A DNA stretch of 64,000 bases, taken from positions 192,001 to 256,000 of the forward strand of contig CAXXXD010000001.1 in the NCBI GenBank assembly GCA_963663385.2, in the 5' to 3' direction. Under the pieces are notes generated by a model. That model was given only the letters and a program-made list of their open reading frames with translations. It was not told the origin of the DNA and ran no database searches. Origin of the DNA: Oceanispirochaeta sp. (lineage in GTDB: Bacteria > Spirochaetota > Spirochaetia > DSM-2461). Numbering within the stretch: the first letter of the stretch is position 1; the number at the start of each line of letters is the position of its first letter. Positions 38,708 to 49,036 of this stretch are shown here, in pieces. Made by a program: the position numbers and the translations under genes.

Positions 38708-40030
38708 ATGGATAATGACCAGCTTAAAGAGCATGTAGATCTGATCAGAGAGGTATTTACTTATAACCGCCGCTTTCAGGATGCCCTTTTTGTCCTGAAG
38801 ATAGACAGCCCGATTATCGACCACCCCTATTTCTCCCTCCTTGTTAAGGACCTGGCACTTCTTCATCAGAACGGAATCAGGATTGTAATCGTCCCCGGAG
38901 CCCACAGCCGGATTAATGAGATCCTTAATCAGTATAAAGTCCCCTATGAATCTGCCAATGGAATCAGGATATCCTCGGAAGAGAGTATACCTTTTATTAA
39001 AATGGCCGCTTTCGACGTATCCAACAAGGTAATGACTCTTTTATCGGGGAATGGGATTCCTTCGGTTATCGGAAACTGGGTAAAAGCCCGTGCCCTGGGT
39101 GTTGTAAACGGAGTTGATTTTATGCATACGGGACGAGTCGAGAAAATCAGAACAGATGCTGTGGAAACCCTGCTGAATGAGGGACACATCCCCATCTTCC
39201 CCTGCATCGGGTGGAGCAGCAACGGAGATCCCTACAATATCTCCTCGGACGAACTGGCCCGGGTGATTGCGCAGAGTCTCAAGGCATCCAAACTTTTTTT
39301 TCTTTCCGCCGAAGATGAACTTACCAGCCGAAGCTGTTCCGTACCGGAAGATATCAGCCTTTCCAAGGATGGCCGCCTCTCCAAACTGTCCCTCTCCCAG
39401 GCGGAGGAATTCATCAAACTGAACAGAGACAACCCTCTTATAGATAAAATACACTCTGCCGTGGAAGCCTGCCGGGAAGGGGTTGATCGCGTCCATATCC
39501 TGGACGGAAGAATAGAAGGAGCCGTACTGAAAGAGATTTTTTCCAACCTGGGGATAGGCACCATGATCTACTCCAATATCTACGAGCGGATCCGGCCCAT
39601 GAAAAACAGGGATATTTCCAGCGTACTGGGGCTTATGAAGCCCTTTATAGATCAGAAAATACTTGTCCCGCGTACCAGGACGGAAATGGAGAAAAAGCTT
39701 TCAGACTATGTGGTTTACGCTATGGACGATATTATCCACGGAGTGGCAGCCCTTCATATCTACCCGGACGGGAAAGCGGAGATAGCCGGCCTGGCTGTAG
39801 ACAGCAGATTTATCCACCTGAAAATCGGAAAGAAAATGGTATCCTATCTGCTGGAGCAATCCAGAGAGAAGGGACTGAAGGAGGTCTTTGTACTGACAAC
39901 CCAGACTTCAGACTGGTTTCTGAATATGGGTTTTACTCCGGGAAGCCTGGAAGATCTGCCGGAAGAGAAACGATCTCACTACAACACTAACCGGAATTCC
40001 AGAATACTTGTATTTCAGAACAATCCATGA
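38708..40030 (+). CDS. argA: Amino-acid N-acetyltransferase (AAK plus GNAT domains)
   Basis: DLALLHQ.GIRIVIVPG, GVVNGVDFMHTGRV, GVDRVHILDG, EIFSNLGIGTM, LTTQTSDWF. Promoter TTGACA(38651)-17-AATGAT. Confidence 0.93.
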   Translation: MDNDQLKEHVDLIREVFTYNRRFQDALFVLKIDSPIIDHPYFSLLVKDLALLHQNGIRIVIVPGAHSRINEILNQYKVPYESANGIRISSEESIPFIKMAAFDVSNKVMTLLSGNGIPSVIGNWVKARALGVVNGVDFMHTGRVEKIRTDAVETLLNEGHIPIFPCIGWSSNGDPYNISSDELARVIAQSLKASKLFFLSAEDELTSRSCSVPEDISLSKDGRLSKLSLSQAEEFIKLNRDNPLIDKIHSAVEACREGVDRVHILDGRIEGAVLKEIFSNLGIGTMIYSNIYERIRPMKNRDISSVLGLMKPFIDQKILVPRTRTEMEKKLSDYVVYAMDDIIHGVAALHIYPDGKAEIAGLAVDSRFIHLKIGKKMVSYLLEQSREKGLKEVFVLTTQTSDWFLNMGFTPGSLEDLPEEKRSHYNTNRNSRILVFQNNP

Positions 40031-40818
40031 AGGAACCCTCTCCTGATCTTAAAACCCTGATTACCGGCTCCCATTATCTGGATGTTCACAATCATATGGA
40101 TGCCTATCCTCTGGAAGAAAGGGGGGGAATCGCAGCTATGGTCCATTCAAACAGGATCCTCTGCTTCAGTGCCGGTACGGACCCGCACTCCTGGATACAG
40201 AATGACAGACTGAACAGACAAACCCCCTATATCATCTCCTGTTGCGGAATTCATCCCTGGATGGCGCACAGCTACGGCCCTTCGGATGTTGAGGCAGCGG
40301 CAGAACAGTATGCGTCCACCGTCATGATTAATGAAATTGGACTGGATACGGTCTGGGCAGATTCAGCAGCAACCCTGTGCAGACAGGAGTCCTTGTTACA
40401 AGCCCAGCTTTCTCTGGCAGAAAAACTGAATAAGCCTGTAACCCTTCATACCAAAGGAGCGGAACAGCTTGTACTGGATATCCTTCAAAAGTACAGAATA
40501 CCGGGAATTCTGATTCACTGGTACGACGGTCCCCCGGATTTGATCCCCGGTTACCTGGAACTGAACTGTTATTTCACCATATCCCCCGTATTTATCAATA
40601 ATGCAGAATACCGCAGACTGATCAGCCGGATTCCATCGGACAGGCTTCTTCCGGAAACAGACAACCCCTCCACCTGGCCCTGGCTTTTCAAAGAGACGGG
40701 GAAACCGGAACAGATCAGAGAAATCTATAAAGCCTACGGAAAATGGGTCGGCAAAAACAGAACTATTGTTCATAATCAGTTTAAGGAGAACCTGCTCCGT
40801 TTTTTTCAGATTCTATAA
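40027..40818 (+). CDS. TatD-family metal-dependent hydrolase/DNase
   Basis: DVHNH, GIHPW, EIGLD, IHW, ETDNP. Confidence 0.9.
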   Translation: MKEPSPDLKTLITGSHYLDVHNHMDAYPLEERGGIAAMVHSNRILCFSAGTDPHSWIQNDRLNRQTPYIISCCGIHPWMAHSYGPSDVEAAAEQYASTVMINEIGLDTVWADSAATLCRQESLLQAQLSLAEKLNKPVTLHTKGAEQLVLDILQKYRIPGILIHWYDGPPDLIPGYLELNCYFTISPVFINNAEYRRLISRIPSDRLLPETDNPSTWPWLFKETGKPEQIREIYKAYGKWVGKNRTIVHNQFKENLLRFFQIL

Positions 40819-40837
40819 ATACCCGGAGGATTAAACA

Positions 40838-43195
40838 ATGTCAAACCGGATTAGAGTATTACTATTCGTGTTGATTTCAGCTGGTGCCGGTCTTTCCGCA
40901 CAGGATTTCGGCATTGCAGTTCAGGACCAGTTAACAGCGCCCCTTATCAATCCCGCCGCTATGGGAGTCGGGAATTCCGGGGGATTATCCTACTGCCAGA
41001 GCTTTACCGGTACGGAACTCCTTAATGATGATAAACTGCTTATCTCCCTGGGAGGCCTGGCCTATGCCTACCACCGGATGGATAAATATTCCGATCACCT
41101 GCTGGCCTGCGGCGGAAGAATTATCCCGGGTCTCTACACCGGGACTTCCTGGTCCTGGCCCGGGAAAGGCGATCAGGCCGCCCGTCTGGGACTCTCCCTG
41201 CTTCACAGACCGCTCCCCTGCCTCTCATTTGCCGTAAAGGGAGAGAACCTGAATAATGATCCCTATGCCGAACTGGGTGTTGGAATAAGACCCCCCTTTG
41301 CCGAAAGCCCCCTGACAAGCCGTCTGACCCTGTCCGGGGACGCCCGACTGAATGAAGATGGGTTCGACGGAATCAGCCTGGGAGCTTTTCTGGAACTCCC
41401 GGAAGGCCTGAAAATATACGGTGACTACAATTTTGAAGAGGGGCGTTTCTCTCTGGGGGCAACACTCTCATTCGGTTACGGAGAGATGGGCAGCACTGTG
41501 AAATCTTCCGGGGATACACAGTTTGAACGCGGCAATTACCGGATTTCCACCAGCTGGAACAAGCAGAGGACCTTCCTGCAATCGGGGTTCAGCAAAACCA
41601 TCGAATATGATCTGGCAGAAATAATCACTGACTCCCCCGATCAGGGCGGACGCAGTCTGATGGACTTTATCCAGGATATGGAAAAGATAAAGGCCGATTC
41701 ATCAACGGATGCTCTGATTTTCCGTAACCAGTCTTTCCATACCTCTTTTGCCAATCTTCTGGAGATTGAAACCCTTCTGAAAGAAGTAAAGGATTCGGGT
41801 AAAAAAATCTACTTTTACTACAATAACATGAACAGCATGAACTATGCCCTGGCTGCCTCGGTAGCCGATGAGATCTACCTGAACCCGGCAGGAATGATCC
41901 ATCTGAAGGGTTTTTCCCGCAGCCGTATCTACATGAAAGACTTCTTTGCGGACTGGGGCATACGGTTTCAGAATTTTCAGAGTCACCCCTATAAAACAGC
42001 TTACAATAATATCTCCGAATCCGATATGACAGAGGAGGAGAGAGAGTCACTTGAAACCCTCTATGAAGGGCTTCAGACTGAAATGAACCGCATGCTGGAG
42101 AACGGGAGGGGGGATGAACTAGCCCGGACCGGAGAACAGTTGCTGGCAGCCGGCCCCTTTGTTTACGCCGCAAAGGCCCTGGAACTTGGTATGGTGGACG
42201 GTCTGCTTTATGAGGACCAGTTTGATGAGATGCTTAAGGAGAATAAACTCAACGGTTTTCTCTACTCTTCCTCAACCGATGATATCAGCTATGACTGGGA
42301 GTCTACGGGACAGCCCTCCATAGCCGTAATCTATGCCAGCGGGAATATCCATGGCGGAACGGGTATAGCGGGACAGTCCATCGGCTCCGATTCCCTGCGG
42401 AATGCCATCCGCAGAGCCCGCCGGAACCCTCTTGTCCATGCCATCGTACTCAGAGTGGACTCCGGGGGAGGATCCTCTCTTGCTTCGGATCTGATTGCCC
42501 GGGAAGTAGCCCTCTGCCGCAGCCAGGAGAATCCCAAGCCGGTTATTGTTTCCATGGGAGGAGTTGCCGCATCCGGCGGGTACTATATAGCTGCCCCGGC
42601 AGACAGCATTATAGCGTCCCCGGCCAGCATAACCGGATCCATCGGAGTCATCGCCCTCTTCCCGGAGATTTCCGGACTGCTGGAAAAACTCCGCCTCCAT
42701 TCCGAAACGGTAACGGCCTCGGAAGGGGCGGATACCGGCAGCCCCCTGCGTCCCCTGACGGGTGAGGAGACGGCCCATATCGAAGCCTATATCGCCGAAA
42801 CCTATGACCGTTTTATCAGCCTGGTTGGGGAGTACCGGGGGATGCAGAAAGAGGACGTCCATTCTGTAGCGCAGGGAAGGGTCTGGACTGGTACCCAGGC
42901 AAAAGAGAGAGGCCTGATTGATGAAACCGGAGGACTCTCCCTGGCCCTCTCCCTGGCAGAGGAACAGATGAAGAGACGGGGGAAAGTCAGGATTGTTGAG
43001 ATTATACCTGGTCGCAGGCTGACCATTATGGAGAGGCTTGTCCCCTCGCTGGCAACGTCTTCAGTGAATGAACCGGTACTGCCGGAAGACCTGGAAAACC
43101 TGATGGAATTCTATAAAAGCCTCTCCCGCTATGAACCGGGAGAAGCCCTGTATATGATACCCTATACGGCACAAGAGCTGGGGGTCGGGCCTTAG
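40838..43195 (+). CDS. sppA: Signal peptide peptidase SppA (67K type) with extra N-terminal beta-rich domain
   Basis: YKTA (Lys), VDSGGGS, SMGGVAASGGYY (Ser), TGSIGV, QGRVWTG. Confidence 0.9.
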   Translation: MSNRIRVLLFVLISAGAGLSAQDFGIAVQDQLTAPLINPAAMGVGNSGGLSYCQSFTGTELLNDDKLLISLGGLAYAYHRMDKYSDHLLACGGRIIPGLYTGTSWSWPGKGDQAARLGLSLLHRPLPCLSFAVKGENLNNDPYAELGVGIRPPFAESPLTSRLTLSGDARLNEDGFDGISLGAFLELPEGLKIYGDYNFEEGRFSLGATLSFGYGEMGSTVKSSGDTQFERGNYRISTSWNKQRTFLQSGFSKTIEYDLAEIITDSPDQGGRSLMDFIQDMEKIKADSSTDALIFRNQSFHTSFANLLEIETLLKEVKDSGKKIYFYYNNMNSMNYALAASVADEIYLNPAGMIHLKGFSRSRIYMKDFFADWGIRFQNFQSHPYKTAYNNISESDMTEEERESLETLYEGLQTEMNRMLENGRGDELARTGEQLLAAGPFVYAAKALELGMVDGLLYEDQFDEMLKENKLNGFLYSSSTDDISYDWESTGQPSIAVIYASGNIHGGTGIAGQSIGSDSLRNAIRRARRNPLVHAIVLRVDSGGGSSLASDLIAREVALCRSQENPKPVIVSMGGVAASGGYYIAAPADSIIASPASITGSIGVIALFPEISGLLEKLRLHSETVTASEGADTGSPLRPLTGEETAHIEAYIAETYDRFISLVGEYRGMQKEDVHSVAQGRVWTGTQAKERGLIDETGGLSLALSLAEEQMKRRGKVRIVEIIPGRRLTIMERLVPSLATSSVNEPVLPEDLENLMEFYKSLSRYEPGEALYMIPYTAQELGVGP

Positions 43196-44118
43196 CGGCC
43201 TCCCCTGATGTAGGGTTCGCCAAGAGTAGCAGGGGCGCTCATCTTCCGTTTGCCCCCTTTGCTCATACCGTAAAAGAGCAAAACTCCCAGGGTGGTTGCA
43301 TAGGGCAGCATGGCCAGCAGGTTGGGGGAGATCCCCAGAGGCTGCAGGACATACTGGATAACAAAGATTCCCCCGAAGACATATGCTCCCAGAAACGCTT
43401 TAGACGGCTCCCAGAGGGCGAAGATTGTCAGAGCTATAACAATCCAGCCTCTTCCGGCGGTCATCCCTTCGATCCACGATTTACTGTAAGCTGTAGACAG
43501 ATGAGATCCGGCCATACCGGCAAAAGCGCCTCCCACCATCACACAGAGATATTTCACCAGGGAGACATTTATTCCCAGAGTTTCAGCGGCCTTTGGATTT
43601 TCTCCAACAGAACGCACTGTAATACCGATTTTTGTATATTTCAGGACAAACCAGACAATCAGCCCCAACAGAACTGACAGATAAAAATAGGCATCCTGAA
43701 AGAAGAGGACCTTTCCCAGAACAGGGATTTCGGACAGTCCCGGAATAGCTACAGACTGCATTTTGATGGTCAGGGGACGACCGATATAGGGCTTACCCCA
43801 CAGGCCGCTCAGCCCCAGTCCCAGCATGGTCAGAGCCAGACCGGAAACAACCTGATTGGCCCGGAGGCTGACAGTTACGAAAGAGTGAAGCAGAGAGATC
43901 AAAGCCCCTGCCAGAATAGCGGCGATCATGCCCAGCCAGGGGTTTCCGGTTGTGAATGTCACAATAAAACCTGTAACCGCGCCGAGGGACATCATCCCCT
44001 CAACCCCCAGGTTCAGAATCCCTGCCCGTTCGGTAACGACCTCTCCCAGGGTTCCCAGAAGAAGCGGTGTTCCGGCCACAACGGTTCTTGTCAGTATGGA
44101 CGTGATAATTTCCAGCAT
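43192..44118 (-). CDS. Nucleoside ABC transporter permease (NupC-like)
   Basis: ERAGILNLGVEGMM, GENPKAA, GRGWI, LPY. Confidence 0.92.
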   Translation of the reverse strand: MLEIITSILTRTVVAGTPLLLGTLGEVVTERAGILNLGVEGMMSLGAVTGFIVTFTTGNPWLGMIAAILAGALISLLHSFVTVSLRANQVVSGLALTMLGLGLSGLWGKPYIGRPLTIKMQSVAIPGLSEIPVLGKVLFFQDAYFYLSVLLGLIVWFVLKYTKIGITVRSVGENPKAAETLGINVSLVKYLCVMVGGAFAGMAGSHLSTAYSKSWIEGMTAGRGWIVIALTIFALWEPSKAFLGAYVFGGIFVIQYVLQPLGISPNLLAMLPYATTLGVLLFYGMSKGGKRKMSAPATLGEPYIRGGR

Positions 44119-45194
44119 TACTTGTTTCTCCTTTTGAATCGAACCCGGTGGCTCAGAAAGAAGTCTCCCATAATCAGGAAGACAAGGATCAGCCCGTTGA
44201 ACACATTCACCGTGGCAGCAGGCATATTCATGGACATCTGTATGGCGTCCCCCCCTACTATAATCCCGGCAAAAAACAAACCTGAAAGGATAGCAAAAGC
44301 CGGATTAAGCCGCCCCAGCCAGGCAACGATAATGGCGGTGAATCCATAGCCGGCACTGATGGTTTCGGGATAACTGAGGTGATGATGAATGGAGGCCAGC
44401 TCGCCTACTCCGGCCAGACCGGCCACACCGCCGCTGATGGCCATCATAATCAGGGATGTTCTGAAAAAATCAATCCCCGCGTAACGGGCAGCCTCTGTAT
44501 TTTCTCCGATAACCCGGACTTCATACCCGAAACGGGTGCGGAAAACCAGAAAGCAGAGAACAAAAGCCGTCACTACAGCCAATACAATAAGAAGAAGAGA
44601 GATCCGGGAATCCGGAAGGAGCTTGAGAATGGCCTGCTCAGGCAGGTCGTCTGTGTAGGGGTAACCGTATTTGGTCGCGCCTTTCCAGGGACCGACAACC
44701 AGAAACTTGACAAACTCCGCCGCTATATAATTCAGCATCAGAGTTGAGATAACCTCGTTTATCCCGAATTTCACCTTGAAGATCGCCGGAACAATACCCC
44801 AGAGAGCACCCCCTATAAAACCGGCCAGAAACATCAGGGGAATAATGACAGGACCGGGGAGCGCGGGTCCCCAATGCAGTCCCACCCAGGTTGCAAAAAC
44901 AGCGCCGAACAGGAGCTGACTTTCAGCCCCGATATTCCAGAACTTGGCCCGGTAGGCCAGAGCCAGGCCGCTTCCGATCAGAATGAGGGGGATGGCCTTT
45001 GTTATGGTTTCCTTAATCCCGAACAGACTCCCGAAGGAGGCAATAAAGATCTCTCCAATGGCAAAAAAAGGATTTATCCCTTTTAACAGAAAAACCATAC
45101 CGACTGCAAACAGGCCGGCCAGAAGAGACAGGAAAAGGACAATTACATTAAAAAACGGGGTAGTTCTCTCCCGCGGCAGCACGATAACATTCAT
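44118..45194 (-). CDS. Nucleoside ABC transporter permease (NupB-like)
   Basis: WNIGAESQ, NEVISTLMLNY, GYGFTAIIVAWLG. Confidence 0.92.
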   Translation of the reverse strand: MNVIVLPRERTTPFFNVIVLFLSLLAGLFAVGMVFLLKGINPFFAIGEIFIASFGSLFGIKETITKAIPLILIGSGLALAYRAKFWNIGAESQLLFGAVFATWVGLHWGPALPGPVIIPLMFLAGFIGGALWGIVPAIFKVKFGINEVISTLMLNYIAAEFVKFLVVGPWKGATKYGYPYTDDLPEQAILKLLPDSRISLLLIVLAVVTAFVLCFLVFRTRFGYEVRVIGENTEAARYAGIDFFRTSLIMMAISGGVAGLAGVGELASIHHHLSYPETISAGYGFTAIIVAWLGRLNPAFAILSGLFFAGIIVGGDAIQMSMNMPAATVNVFNGLILVFLIMGDFFLSHRVRFKRRNK

Positions 45195-46742
45195 TTACAG
45201 ACACTCTCCCGGTCCGAGTTCTACAGACCCGGCCATCATAAGACCGATATCATCAATTTCACAATCAGCGGGATCAACAATTCCCATAAACCGTCCCTCA
45301 AACATTACAGCTATCCGGTCGCAGACCTGAAAGAGTTCCTCCAGATCTTCCGAAACCAGCAGAACGGCACCACCCTTGTCCCGGCAGGCGATCAGCTCTT
45401 TTCTGATATATTCAGCGGCCCCCACATCAAGACCGTAGGTTGGATGGGCCGCAATCAGAAGGCTCGGTTCAGCCGAAATTTCCCGGCCCAGAATCAGTTT
45501 CTGCATATTCCCGCCGGAGAGATTCTTCACCGGGGTATTGATGGAAGCCGCATCCACATGAAAATGGTCTACCAGAGAAGAGGCATGCTTTCTGATCAGA
45601 GGGTAGTTCATCATCATCCGGTGACTGAAAGGCTCCCTGTGATGCTGCTTTAATACAGAGTTTTCAAAAAGCTGAAGATTGGCAACCGTACCGAATTTGA
45701 TCCTCTCCTCCGGGACATGGGTAATCCCCCTGTTATGGACCCGTCGAGCCGATTTATTGGTGATCTCCTCATCTTCCAGAGTTACCGTACCTGTAACAGC
45801 CTTTCTCAGACCGGTGATGGCTTCCACCATCTCCCGCTGACCGTTACCGGAAACACCGGCAATACCGAGGATTTCATTCTTCCTGATGCTGAAACTCAGA
45901 TCCTTCACAATGGGAAGTCCCTGATCGCTGTCTACAGTGAGGCCGGAAACATCAAGGATCTTATCTCCCGGCACCAGATTCTCTTTTGGATAGGATGAGG
46001 AGATTTCACGGCCGATCATCATACGGGCCAGATCGACCTTGGTAACATCCCGGATTTCTGCCGCACCGGTAACACGGCCTTTTCTCATGACCATAACCCG
46101 GTTGCAGATACTGACAATTTCATCCAGTTTATGACTGATCAGAACAACAGAGTGACCTTCTCCGCTCATTTTCCGGAGGATTTCAAACAGATCATCCGCT
46201 TCCTGAGGAGTCAGGACAGAGGTGGGCTCATCCATAATCAGCAGATCAGCCTTTCTGATAAGGGCTTTCAGGATTTCAACCCGCTGCTGCTCCCCTGCCG
46301 AAAGTTCCCAGATTTTTTTATCCGGATCCACATCCAGTCCGAATTTCCGGGAAAACTCTTTTATTTGGGCCCTCATATATTTCTGGGGAAACAGGAAGGG
46401 GGCATCCTTATAACCTAAGGCGATGTTCTCCAGAACCGAATGCTTCTGAACTAGCATAAAATGCTGATGGATCATCCCGATCCCGGCACTCATGCTGTCC
46501 TTGGGATTCCTGAGCCTCAGGTCTTCGCCGTTTTTTAAGATTTCACCGCTGTCGGGGAGATAAAGCCCGTAGAGGATATTCATTAAAGTCGTTTTACCGG
46601 CGCCGTTTTCACCAAGCAGTCCCAGAATATCTCCCTTTTCAATGGTAAGGTCAACATCCCGGTTGGCTTTAACCCCAATGAAGGACTTTGAAATCCCCTT
46701 CATTTCCAGTTTCTCTATTCTCTTCAAAATTGATTTCTCCAA
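45195..46742 (-). CDS. Nucleoside ABC transporter double ATPase (NupA-like)
   Basis: GENGAGKT, MIHQHF, LSAGEQQR, LSGGNMQK. Confidence 0.93.
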   Translation of the reverse strand: MEKSILKRIEKLEMKGISKSFIGVKANRDVDLTIEKGDILGLLGENGAGKTTLMNILYGLYLPDSGEILKNGEDLRLRNPKDSMSAGIGMIHQHFMLVQKHSVLENIALGYKDAPFLFPQKYMRAQIKEFSRKFGLDVDPDKKIWELSAGEQQRVEILKALIRKADLLIMDEPTSVLTPQEADDLFEILRKMSGEGHSVVLISHKLDEIVSICNRVMVMRKGRVTGAAEIRDVTKVDLARMMIGREISSSYPKENLVPGDKILDVSGLTVDSDQGLPIVKDLSFSIRKNEILGIAGVSGNGQREMVEAITGLRKAVTGTVTLEDEEITNKSARRVHNRGITHVPEERIKFGTVANLQLFENSVLKQHHREPFSHRMMMNYPLIRKHASSLVDHFHVDAASINTPVKNLSGGNMQKLILGREISAEPSLLIAAHPTYGLDVGAAEYIRKELIACRDKGGAVLLVSEDLEELFQVCDRIAVMFEGRFMGIVDPADCEIDDIGLMMAGSVELGPGECL

Positions 46743-46785
46743 AAGGATTTAATCTAGATAGTATATGACAATTCTATTATCTGCA

Positions 46786-46812
46786 ATAAAAAGGGGACGC
46801 CGCTACGTCCCC
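46786..46812 (-). terminator. Hairpin/terminator after the BMP gene
   Basis: Minus strand GGGGACG-TAGCGG-CGTCCCC-TTTTT. Confidence 0.7.
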
Positions 46813-46842
46813 CGTTATTCTTAAATTTTCAGAATACTACTT

Positions 46843-48057
46843 TTACTGCTGAGGCAGAGGAGTGGCGAAATTATCCACCTGATACATCATCTCTGCAAAG
46901 AGATGGGGGATGGACGCAATCTCGCCTTCCGCTACAGTAACATTTCCAGCCTGATCATAGATGGGACCTGTAAAAGGATCGAAGACTTCCCGTCCCTGAG
47001 CCATCTGGTCGTACCGTTTCATAACCAGATCATAAACCGAGATGGTTCCGAAATCATCTGATTCAACTGTTTTCCCTTTAAGAGTATCAACGTATTTGGA
47101 GTTGATTTTCTCATCCATGGAGGCTCCCAGTTCAACAGCTTTTTCCTTCATCAGCCAAAGTAAATCGTAATTTGACAAGTCTCCGGTTTTTCCGGCTTTA
47201 TAGTCCAGGAGCATCTGTTCATACAGAACACCCCAGTCTGTCAGCTGACCGGTCAGGGTAGCATCTTCCGCATAGGACTGCATGGGGCTGTAGTGACTAA
47301 GACCATATACATTCTCCCCTTTTTCCATATGTTCCTGGGCAACCTCCAGAACAGTGGGAGTATCTTCTGTAAATCCCAGAACATCACAGCCTTCGGAAAC
47401 AAGGGCCTCAGCAGCTTCTCTTGCCTTGTCCGGACCATACCAGGCGTAGATCCATTTAACATTGACAGTGGCTTCAGGGTTTACTTCCTTGATCCCCAGA
47501 GCAAAGGCATTCATATGACGGAACAGTTCGGGAATGGGAAAAGCGGCTACATAACCGATTTTGTTGGATTCGGTCATAGCGCCTGCCATAAGACCGTTCA
47601 GGTAGTAGATCTGATACATGTCCCCCATATAGGTTCCCATATTGGCGCTCCGTTTAAATCCGGAACAATGAAAGAACTGCACATCAGGATATTTTTCGGC
47701 GGCTTTCACAGTGTCATCCATATAACCGAAGCTGGTTGTAAAGATAATATCACATTTCTGCTGCTGTACCATTCTGTCTATAAACCGGACAGCATCCCCT
47801 TCCGGAACGCTTTCTACAGTGATGGTCTCCAGCCAGGGAAACTGCTTTTCCACGTAAAGCCTTCCCTGATCGTGGGCGTAGGTCCAACCGAAATCACCTG
47901 CCGGGCCGATATATACAAATCCGGCCTTTACTTTTTCAATCTCCTGGGCTCCGGAATCAGCAGCTTCAGTTGAAGACTCCTGACCGCCGGCGGCAAAAAG
48001 AGCTCCAGTCAGAAGAAGCAGAAGGGACGCAAGAAAGAACATCTTGATTTTTTTCAT
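46843..48057 (-). CDS. BMP-family nucleoside-binding protein
   Basis: GFVYIGPAGDFGWTYAHDQG, TTSFGY, NAFALG. Spirochete-style LFAAGGQE signal. SD AAGGAG. Confidence 0.92.
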   Translation of the reverse strand: MKKIKMFFLASLLLLLTGALFAAGGQESSTEAADSGAQEIEKVKAGFVYIGPAGDFGWTYAHDQGRLYVEKQFPWLETITVESVPEGDAVRFIDRMVQQQKCDIIFTTSFGYMDDTVKAAEKYPDVQFFHCSGFKRSANMGTYMGDMYQIYYLNGLMAGAMTESNKIGYVAAFPIPELFRHMNAFALGIKEVNPEATVNVKWIYAWYGPDKAREAAEALVSEGCDVLGFTEDTPTVLEVAQEHMEKGENVYGLSHYSPMQSYAEDATLTGQLTDWGVLYEQMLLDYKAGKTGDLSNYDLLWLMKEKAVELGASMDEKINSKYVDTLKGKTVESDDFGTISVYDLVMKRYDQMAQGREVFDPFTGPIYDQAGNVTVAEGEIASIPHLFAEMMYQVDNFATPLPQQ

Positions 48058-48168
48058 TATTCCTATCTCCTTGGGTTGAGTTATAAAACTCATGTAAGCC
48101 TAATTCTCACGCTACTAAGGCATTTTGTCAACACATGTCAGACCTCAGACTTCTCGAAGAGAGCGGTA

Positions 48169-48197
48169 TTGACCTCGTGATAGGGTATAACTATAAT
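48169..48197 (+). promoter_or_regulatory. Sigma70 promoter of ndk, leaderless
   Basis: TTGACC(48169-74)-17 bp-TATAAT(48192-97). ATG lies 7 nt later with no SD. Confidence 0.75.
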
Positions 48198-48204
48198 CCT
48201 TTCC

Positions 48205-48687
48205 ATGACTTGGGAACGAACATTTATTCTAGTAAAACCCGACGGAGTAAAAAGAGGACTCATCGGTGAAGTCCTGAAACGCTATGAACGGGCTGGTCTG
48301 CAGATTGTTGCAGCCAAACTGGTCAGCTGTCACCAGGAACAGGCTGAAAAACATTATGAAGAACATAAGGGAAAAAGCTTTTTTCCCTCTTTAACCGGAC
48401 TTCTGACCTCCGGCCCCTCCATGGCAGTCGCTCTGGAAGGTGCTCACGCTATTGAAGTAGTAAGGAAGATCAATGGGGACACCGAACCCAGAACTGCTGC
48501 GCCCGGTACTATCCGGGGAGATTTTACCCACATGGGTTACGCCAGAAGCCCCGAACTGAACGGAACAATCTACAATGTCGTGCATGCCTCCGATTCAAAA
48601 GAGAGTGCCGTCAGAGAGCTGGCTCTCTGGTTTGATGAAAAAGATTTTGCAGATTCCTACGATACCGTATTAAAAGGATTCGTCTGA
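48205..48687 (+). CDS. ndk: Nucleoside-diphosphate kinase
   Basis: ERTFILVKPDGV, APGTIRGDF, NVVHASDS. Confidence 0.97.
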   Translation: MTWERTFILVKPDGVKRGLIGEVLKRYERAGLQIVAAKLVSCHQEQAEKHYEEHKGKSFFPSLTGLLTSGPSMAVALEGAHAIEVVRKINGDTEPRTAAPGTIRGDFTHMGYARSPELNGTIYNVVHASDSKESAVRELALWFDEKDFADSYDTVLKGFV

Positions 48688-48705
48688 TAGCCCAATTATA
48701 AAAAC

Positions 48706-49034
48706 AACTCCCCTCCCTCTGGGAGAGGCCGGATGCATGCCAGAACAGCAAACGAAGTTTGTGACCATGGGGATTAAGGGGTGAGGGCTTGATCGGGGAT
48801 CCGGACGATTTCAGCCGGACAATCATGTCTCCACTTCAGGGAGACTGAGGGATTCAAAAAAAAATGCCGGACAGCTTCAAGCTTCCGGCATTTTTAATTA
48901 ATGACCAGACCTCCCCCTGCCTCCCTCCTTCCTGAGGGGGGGGATCGTCCTGTTTCCTTCTTCGTAAATATTGGTAATGGTTCGAAGAAAAAGAATAAGA
49001 CGGCCTCTCCCCTCGGGGAGATTGAGAGGGGTCA
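48706..49034. repeat. Cluster of REP-like palindromes around a bidirectional terminator
   Basis: CCTCCCTCTGGGAGAGGCCGG...GGGGTGAGGG, TCTCCACTTCAGGGAGACTGAG, TCTCCCCTCGGGGAGATTGAGAGGGG. Confidence 0.65.
48856..48895. terminator. Bidirectional terminator between ndk and ade
   Basis: A9-TGCCGG-(ACAGCTTCAAGCTT)-CCGGCA-T5. Confidence 0.85.
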
Positions 49035-49036
49035 GA

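Noticed and set aside
48706..49034. CRISPR array or IS element in repeat-rich intergenic regions
   Set aside because: Repeats are degenerate palindromes without regular unique spacers. No cas or transposase gene, and no terminal inverted repeats with target duplication.
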